This document shows positions 58,060 through 64,000 of a stretch of 64,000 nucleotides of DNA, in pieces. The notes under the pieces are model-generated. The model ran no database searches. It was given only the letters and a program-made list of their open reading frames with translations, and was not told the DNA's origin. The stretch's first letter is position 1; each line of letters starts with the position of its first letter. Location of the stretch: contig CBDETY010000003.1 of the NCBI GenBank assembly GCA_965243025.1, positions 672,001-736,000 of the forward strand, written 5' to 3'. The translations under genes and the position numbers were made by a program. The DNA comes from Candidatus Latescibacterota bacterium. GTDB lineage: Bacteria; Latescibacterota; UBA2968; UBA8231.

Positions 58060-59427
58060 ATGAACACGGAGTTGAGTTCCCTCAGTGTCATTTTCACCGA
58101 GTTCTACTACTGGCTGACGGTGGTGCTCATGTTCTTCATCCACGTGGGGTTCTGCATGTACGAGGTCGGGGTCTCCCGGCACAAGAACCACGTACACACG
58201 CTGATGAAGAACACGATGCTGATACCGCTTGTCACCATCACGTTCTTCTTCTTCGGCTGGTGGATCTATTTCGCCTTCCCCAACGGCCCCGGCTTCACCG
58301 GCGGCCTCGTCGAGGCCCCTCACGCGGTCGCCTGGAGCGAGCTGATGGGCCCGCACATGGGGGGCGCCGGCGACCCCGACGGCTGGGCGCGGCTCAACGG
58401 GGTTTTCTGGGCGGCCTTTCTCCTGTTCTCCTGGACCGCGGCCTCCATCGTCTCCGGGTCGGTGATCGAGCGCATTCGCTCCTCGGCCTTCTGGATCCTG
58501 GCGATCCTGATCGGTTCGGTGTTCTGGGTCATCGACGCGGCCTGGGGATGGCACGCCGAAGGCTGGATGGTGAAGCTGCTCGGCTACCACGACGCCTATG
58601 CCTCCGGAGTGATCCACGCCATTGCCGGCGGCTTCGCCCTCGGCGTCCTGGTGGTGCTCGGTCCCCGCATCGGCAAGTTCGCCCCCGACGGCACCCCGAG
58701 AAGCCTGAACCCCCGCAATCCCTGGCTGGTGACCATCGGACTGTTCCTTATCTACACCGGCTTCTGGGGCTTCTACGTCGCCTGCAACGTGCCGATGTGG
58801 GACGTGCAGAGCGGCGACGGCAGCTTCTACTCGGCCACCAACATCTACCTCGCTCCCACGACCCTGTCGGCGATCACCGTGAACTTCCTCATGGCGCTGT
58901 CCGGCGGACTGCTCGCCGGTTACGTCATCTCCAGGGGGGACGCCTACTGGACCTATTCCTCCGGTCTGGCCGGCATCATCGCGGCGTCGGCCGGCAACGA
59001 CCTGTACCACCCGATCCAGGCGATGATCATCGCCGCCCTCGGCGTCCTGTTCATGTACAAGATGCACTACTGGGTCGAACGCCGGTTCAAGGTCGACGAC
59101 GCGGTCGGCGCGGTGGCGGTGCACGGCTACGCCGGGTTCTTCGGGGTCGTCATCTGCGGCTTCGTGCTCTGGGGCTATCCCTCCTCGCCGGACGACAGCT
59201 TCGCCAGCATCAATCCCCTGGGACAGATCGCCGGCGCCGTGATCATGTTCTTCGTGCTGGGCTTCATCCCGGGCTGGATCGCCGCAAAAATCTTAAACGC
59301 CTTGGGCGGGCTCCGCATTCCGCGCCAGATCGAGCTGGCGGGCCTCGACTTCGGCACCGCCCACGACCGCGCGCAGGAGGAGCAGGGCATCATCGACGCC
59401 GAGCGCGAGGAGCTCGGCAGGATCTGA
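58060..59427 (+). CDS. amt: ammonium transporter family protein (divergent Amt)
   Basis: About 11 TM; IVSGSVIER, GVIH, LGPRIGKF, DDAVGAVAVHG; GGAGGAG RBS. Confidence 0.9.
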   Translation: MNTELSSLSVIFTEFYYWLTVVLMFFIHVGFCMYEVGVSRHKNHVHTLMKNTMLIPLVTITFFFFGWWIYFAFPNGPGFTGGLVEAPHAVAWSELMGPHMGGAGDPDGWARLNGVFWAAFLLFSWTAASIVSGSVIERIRSSAFWILAILIGSVFWVIDAAWGWHAEGWMVKLLGYHDAYASGVIHAIAGGFALGVLVVLGPRIGKFAPDGTPRSLNPRNPWLVTIGLFLIYTGFWGFYVACNVPMWDVQSGDGSFYSATNIYLAPTTLSAITVNFLMALSGGLLAGYVISRGDAYWTYSSGLAGIIAASAGNDLYHPIQAMIIAALGVLFMYKMHYWVERRFKVDDAVGAVAVHGYAGFFGVVICGFVLWGYPSSPDDSFASINPLGQIAGAVIMFFVLGFIPGWIAAKILNALGGLRIPRQIELAGLDFGTAHDRAQEEQGIIDAEREELGRI

Positions 59428-59496
59428 TCCGTCCGATGTCCCCGAGGGGCGAGGAAATCGGAGCATAAACAGCATACCGGAATACGGGAGAAAGTC

Positions 59497-59730
59497 ATGA
59501 CTACGGGAAACGTCGAAAGCTGGGGGGGCAACATTTCCGAGATCGGCCCCCTGTACCCCTTCGTCGGTCTGGAGGGCCTGCTGTTCGTTGTCGGGTTGGC
59601 CCTGTGGATCGTCTGGCACGTCCTGCAGATCCGCACCGAGACGCAGAGCTACGAGGACGAGATTCAGAGGTTCGGCGACAAGGAGACGCTGCAGAAGATC
59701 CTCGACTCCGAGGATCCGTACGCTCCCTGA
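59497..59730 (+). CDS. small single-TM protein downstream of amt
   Basis: 77 aa, IGPLYPFVGLEGLLFVVGLALWIVWH; GGGAG RBS; strong GC3 bias. Confidence 0.75.
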   Translation: MTTGNVESWGGNISEIGPLYPFVGLEGLLFVVGLALWIVWHVLQIRTETQSYEDEIQRFGDKETLQKILDSEDPYAP

Positions 59731-59775
59731 GGAGCTTTCTTCAGCAGAAGCTGCAGGTTGTGGGGCCGGGCGGGT

Positions 59776-60171
59776 TCAATGTCCGGTTCCCGGTCCCGCA
59801 ACCCCCTCCACCCTGACCGGCGTCCCGGTCTTCGGCCGCCGCGCCCCAATCGCACAGTGTGCCTTCGCGGTCCCCGGGTTCGCATCTCGCGGAGTTGCGG
59901 GCTCGGCACAGACTGACCCGGTAGCCTCCGGGGCAGTGCCCACCTTCCGGCTCAGCTTTCTGCCCAGCTCCTGCGGCACATGGGGCCAGACTTCCGTCTC
60001 CAGAAATCGGCGCAACCGTTCTCCACGATCACTGCCGGCGCCCTCGCAGGCCAGCCGCGCCCGCCGCTCCTCCAGGGATCGGCGCACTGCCTCGGTCTTG
60101 CTCTCGCCGGTAAGCTGTGCGACCTCCCCGACAAGCCGCTCGACCTCCTTGTTCTTGATGTTCAGGCTCAT
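59776..60171 (-). CDS. vapB: VapB-like antitoxin (Rv0623/PSK type), orphan, aberrant C-terminus
   Basis: AGGAGG RBS; MSLNIKNKEVERL...LTGESKTEAVRRSLEER; no PIN toxin follows. Confidence 0.75.
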   Translation of the reverse strand: MSLNIKNKEVERLVGEVAQLTGESKTEAVRRSLEERRARLACEGAGSDRGERLRRFLETEVWPHVPQELGRKLSRKVGTAPEATGSVCAEPATPRDANPGTAKAHCAIGARRPKTGTPVRVEGVAGPGTGH

Positions 60172-60278
60172 AGTCCTCCTTCGCCGTGTCACCGGAACAA
60201 CCAGAGAAGCATGTCTGGAAGGAGATGGAAGAAAGGCAGAAAAAATCAACTATGGTGGAAAGCAGGGTCGGGCGCGCC

Positions 60279-61412
60279 TCAGCCCCGATCCGGCCCGGTG
60301 GGCAGGGGCGGCAGCTCCCCCAGGCGCCCCCCGTACAGCTTGTTGAGCAGGCCGGCCCGCAGGACCTCGGCGTCGTCTTCCGGGAATTTGTCCGGGTGGC
60401 ACCAGCGGGCAACGAGCTCGACGGTGAAGATGTACTTGAGGGTCCAGAAGTCGCAGGAGAACGGATCCGGCAGTTCGTGCACCCGCCCCTCGCGCACCGC
60501 GGAGAGGCTGCGCCAGCCGGCCATCTCGCCCACGTCCCCCGGTCCGAGGCGGTCGTTGCACCACATGACGATCAGCTCCGGGTTCCAGACGAGGACGTTC
60601 TCGAGGTTCACCAGCAGGCCTTCCAGCTCGCTGCCGGCGGCGACGTTGGTGCCCCCTGCCAGGTCGATCAGCTCCTGCACGGTGCTGTTGCGGCCGGCCG
60701 TCTGCAGCGGCCCCTGGGCCCACATGAAGTAGACCCGCGGCGGGTCGGGCGCCTCCCCTTCCACAGGGGCGATCTTGCGCCGCACCGTCTCCAGCTCCTC
60801 TTCGGCGATGGCGAGGAGCTCGGCGGCGCGCTCGCTGGTGCCGGTCAGCTCCCCGAGGGCGGCGATCTCCCGGTGGATGTCCTCGAAGCGCTCGATGAAG
60901 ACGCCGAAGACCGGGATCCCCTTCTCCTCGAGGGCCTCGATCGACTCCTCCTGCCCCGACCAGACGATGACGAGGTCGGGTTGCAGGGCCACCATGCTCT
61001 CGATGTTGACGAAGTCCCAGTTGCCCGGCGTCGCCAGGGTGCGGTCGCGGATGCGCTCGTCCATGGCCGCGTAGTAGGGGAAGACGCTGCCCTGGTAGAC
61101 GTTGGTGGAGATGCCGACGAGGCGGTCCTCGGCCCCGAGCATGTAGAGGCCGGTGAGGGCGCTTTCCAGCAGGCAGACGATGCGCTCGGCCGGCTTGTCG
61201 AGCTCGATGCGCTTGCCGCGGAAGTCGGTGGCGGCCACCCCTTCGGCGGCTGCTACCCCTTCCGGGGCAGCCGCCCCTTCCGCGGCGGCAACGTGGCCGG
61301 CGAGGAGGAGGGAGAGGGGAAGAAGAAGCAGCAGGGGGCGGAAAAGCAGAGGCCCCGCGGCGGCCGCTCCCGGTCGGGAAGGCGCCGCGGGGCCGCAGGC
61401 TGCAGCGGTCAC
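60279..61412 (-). CDS. ABC substrate-binding protein (Fe-siderophore/cobalamin class III)
   Basis: TDFRGKRI.L.KPAERIV, NIESMVALQPDLVI, W..LSAVREGRV; start uncertain. Confidence 0.9.
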   Translation of the reverse strand: MTAAACGPAAPSRPGAAAAGPLLFRPLLLLLPLSLLLAGHVAAAEGAAAPEGVAAAEGVAATDFRGKRIELDKPAERIVCLLESALTGLYMLGAEDRLVGISTNVYQGSVFPYYAAMDERIRDRTLATPGNWDFVNIESMVALQPDLVIVWSGQEESIEALEEKGIPVFGVFIERFEDIHREIAALGELTGTSERAAELLAIAEEELETVRRKIAPVEGEAPDPPRVYFMWAQGPLQTAGRNSTVQELIDLAGGTNVAAGSELEGLLVNLENVLVWNPELIVMWCNDRLGPGDVGEMAGWRSLSAVREGRVHELPDPFSCDFWTLKYIFTVELVARWCHPDKFPEDDAEVLRAGLLNKLYGGRLGELPPLPTGPDRG

Positions 61413-61423
61413 AGGCAGAAAGG

Positions 61424-63439
61424 CTAGAAGCTGACCATCAGACCGGCGTTGGTCGAGAAGCCGGGATCCTGGAATCCCCAGGGCATCTCGAAGGTCTGGT
61501 TCGTGAGGTTGTAGGGCTCCAGGAAGAGGGTCATATCATACCCGTCCCGGGTGCTGACGTCGTACTGGACACGGGCGTTCACCAGGACGTACCCGTCGAG
61601 GGGTTCGGCTGTCGGACTGATGTCCTGGTAGATGCCGCTGTAGGACTGCGCCGTGATCGTCGCCCGCAGGCCCTGGGCGAGGGTCAGGTGGACCCCGAGG
61701 CCGATGGCGCTGTCGGGGACGAAGTTGATCTTGGCGCCTTCCTTCTCTGGTTCCTCCGTGTTCTCGGTGACCTCGGCGTTGGTGTAGGTGTAGTTGGCGA
61801 ACCACTCCACCATGTCGCTGAGGCGGTGGGCGACCTCCAGCTCGGCGCCGTTGGTGGTGGTCTGGCCGGCGTTGATGTCCTGCGACTGCGCCGGATCATC
61901 CTCCGCAACAGGCACCACCCGCTGCACGATCTGGTCGGTGAGGGCGATGTTGAACCCGCGCACGCCGACCTGCAGGTCCTCCATCGGGCTGTAGTTCACG
62001 CCCAGGTCGATGCTGGTTCCCGACTCCGGCTTGATATCGGGGTTGGGCAGGTGGCCGCCCTTGCCGTCCGGAGGAACGGTGCCTCCAACCGACTTGAGGG
62101 AGGGGGCCTTGAAGCTGGTCCCCATGTTGGCGTACAGGCCGAGGTTGTCGCTCTGGTTGTAGCGCGCCCCGGCGCTGTAGAGAAGCTTGCCCCAGGAGTT
62201 GCTGGTCTCGTTCGGCGTCATTCCCTGCAACAGCTCGATGTCGTGGGCGATGCTGGTGAAGCGCGCCCCTGCCCGCAGGGTGAGGTTGTCCAGGCGGAAC
62301 TCCTCCTGGGCGTAGAGCCCGAAAGCGGTTGCGGTGGCGTCGTTTCCGGGGCTCACCTCGCCGGTCTCACGCTGCGTGGCGTACGAGGAGAGCTGGTAGT
62401 CGGCGCCCACGGTGAGCACGTCCGCCTCCCTGGTCAGGACGGTGAGGGAGACATCCGCCGGAATCACCGACTGGTCTACCCCGTCCTCGGAGCGCAGCTC
62501 GCGGCTCTTGGGATCCTCCCAGATGCCGTCCTCCTCCCAGCGCCGCACGTAGTCGCGGTACCCGACCTTGGCGTTGGCGGTGATCTTGTCGGAGACCGGG
62601 TGCACGTAGCCTGCGTTGAGGGTGGTGTAGGTGTGGCCGAAGTCCCGGTTGATACGGCCGGCGTCGCCGGTGTGCCAGGTGCGGTGGGCGTAGAGAGAAG
62701 CGCGCTGTCCGCTGTCGTTGAGGTAGTAGGTGCCGCGCATGTACAGCTTGGTCTTCTCGTACTCCGGGTTGTCGTCCATCTGCAGCCAGGAGCCTTCGGT
62801 GCCGTAGTCGGTGTAGTCGGAGTCCTCGTGGTGGCCGCCGAAGAAGAGGTGCAGGTTGCCGGCGGCGCGCTGGTGGAAGAAACGGCCCCCGATCGTCTTG
62901 TAGGAACCGCCGTACACCGAGGCGCTGGTGCGGGTGGTCCTCACCCGTTCCCGCAGGATGAAGTTGGCCGTGCCCGCCAGCGGGGACTGGTTGCCGGCGA
63001 AGTCCATGGCCAGGTAGGTCGGATAGAGGACGGAGGCGGAGCCGCGCTGGTCCTCCACGCGCTCAAAGGCCCAGGGGTCGAGGCTCTGGAGATCGACGAA
63101 AGCGTCGATCGGCAGACCGTCGAGCATGTACCCCTTGTAAGTGTGCGCGAGGCCGCCTGAGGAGCCCCAGTTGGCGTCGTTGCGGGACAGCACGTTGGCG
63201 AAGTTGCCCGGGCTGTACGAGAGAATCTCGGCGAGGTTGCCGTTGCCCTGGACCAGGGACCCGATCTCGTCGGAGGTGATGATGGAGATCTTCTGGGTCA
63301 CGTTGCCCGGCGTCTGCGGCAGCTTGGAGCCGGTGACGATGACCTCTTCCATCTCGGTGATCTCTCCCTCATGGTCGTCGGCGTAGGCGAGGCCGGCCCC
63401 GAGGCAGAGAGACAGCGGGATGCGGAGAAGCCGCTTCAT
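61424..63439 (-). CDS. TonB-dependent receptor
   Basis: Signal peptide, EEVIVTGS TonB-box region, plug (ERVE..RGSASVLY), PNPDIKPE, terminal Phe; GGAGG RBS. Confidence 0.93.
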   Translation of the reverse strand: MKRLLRIPLSLCLGAGLAYADDHEGEITEMEEVIVTGSKLPQTPGNVTQKISIITSDEIGSLVQGNGNLAEILSYSPGNFANVLSRNDANWGSSGGLAHTYKGYMLDGLPIDAFVDLQSLDPWAFERVEDQRGSASVLYPTYLAMDFAGNQSPLAGTANFILRERVRTTRTSASVYGGSYKTIGGRFFHQRAAGNLHLFFGGHHEDSDYTDYGTEGSWLQMDDNPEYEKTKLYMRGTYYLNDSGQRASLYAHRTWHTGDAGRINRDFGHTYTTLNAGYVHPVSDKITANAKVGYRDYVRRWEEDGIWEDPKSRELRSEDGVDQSVIPADVSLTVLTREADVLTVGADYQLSSYATQRETGEVSPGNDATATAFGLYAQEEFRLDNLTLRAGARFTSIAHDIELLQGMTPNETSNSWGKLLYSAGARYNQSDNLGLYANMGTSFKAPSLKSVGGTVPPDGKGGHLPNPDIKPESGTSIDLGVNYSPMEDLQVGVRGFNIALTDQIVQRVVPVAEDDPAQSQDINAGQTTTNGAELEVAHRLSDMVEWFANYTYTNAEVTENTEEPEKEGAKINFVPDSAIGLGVHLTLAQGLRATITAQSYSGIYQDISPTAEPLDGYVLVNARVQYDVSTRDGYDMTLFLEPYNLTNQTFEMPWGFQDPGFSTNAGLMVSF

Positions 63440-63642
63440 GGGAATTCCTCCCGTGTGTGAAAGGGTGCGGGTTGTCGGTGCTGTATATTCGGTGCCCGGC
63501 TGGACAGCCGGAATCTGAGCGGGGAAAGTAATCAGAAAGTAACGAAAAGAGACTCGAAGCAACAAAAAGAGGCTCGCTTCACCTGACCGCCTTTCCGGCC
63601 GCATCGAGGTGGACAGCAGAAGAGGGAAAGGAAGATGTGGAG

Positions 63643-64000
63643 ATGAGCTTGCTGGCCGTGTTCGCCCACCCGGACGACGAGTCCTTCATCTGCGGGGGGA
63701 CCCTGGCGAAGGCAGCCTCCGAGGGGCGCGACGTCCACCTTGTCTGCGCAACCCGCGGGGAGGAGGGGGAGATCATCCACCCGGAGATCGACCCGGGCGG
63801 CTACCCCAAGGGGGAGGAGCGGGGAAAGCTGCGGGCCAAAGAGCTGGAAAGCGCCTGCGCGATCATGGGGGTCGCCCCGCCGATCTGGCTCGGCCACCGC
63901 GATTCCGGGTTTCCCGTCGAGGTCGGGCGCGGCAACCCGCGGGCGCTGGTGAACCAGGATTCGGTGTCCCTGGAACGGCAGCTCCTGCCCATCATCGCCG
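63643..64000 (+). CDS. PIG-L family deacetylase (MshB/BshB-like), 3'-truncated by window edge
   Basis: MSLLAVFAHPDDESFICGGTLA...CATRGEEGE...LRAKEL..AC..MG...HRDSG; absent from the ORF track. Confidence 0.92.
   Translation, partial: MSLLAVFAHPDDESFICGGTLAKAASEGRDVHLVCATRGEEGEIIHPEIDPGGYPKGEERGKLRAKELESACAIMGVAPPIWLGHRDSGFPVEVGRGNPRALVNQDSVSLERQLLPIIA

Noticed and set aside
63440-63640. Cobalamin riboswitch upstream of the TonB receptor
   Set aside because: No recognisable GGGAA...GCCACTG / B12-box signature on the minus strand
1-64000. tRNA (including tRNA-Sec), rRNA, transposase, integrase or phage structural genes
   Set aside because: None recognised by eye; tRNAscan-SE and Infernal would be needed to exclude small RNAs

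Overview
High-GC bacterial chromosomal window made up mostly of catabolic accessory genes. It carries eight PhyH-type Fe(II)/2-oxoglutarate dioxygenases, three paralogous GHL10-like TIM-barrel proteins, three enolase-superfamily (MR/MLE) enzymes, three BNR/sialidase-fold proteins and two DapA/NanA aldolases. It also has peptidases, RtcB, a MntA-HepT toxin-antitoxin pair, a TonB receptor/ABC uptake system split into two blocks, and a divergent Amt. This gene complement and a C-terminal STWGxVK motif resemble Latescibacterota/Poribacteria-like marine or sponge-associated bacteria (inference only). The most notable signals are: (1) an OsmC-family gene with an in-frame UGA at the catalytic Cys position followed by a SECIS-like hairpin, a probable selenoprotein; (2) a CarH/LitR B12 photoreceptor next to a fasciclin gene whose promoter carries 11-bp-phased TnnACA repeats; (3) a duplicated lipoprotein pair in which one copy has a spondin domain and the other has 22 MDDEG repeats instead; (4) a PhyH paralog with the halogenase-type HxG motif; (5) an unannotated 29-aa membrane peptide and a candidate structured RNA. 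I saw no rRNA, tRNA, CRISPR array or transposase. Start codons were chosen by eye, and family calls rest on motif recognition, not database searches.
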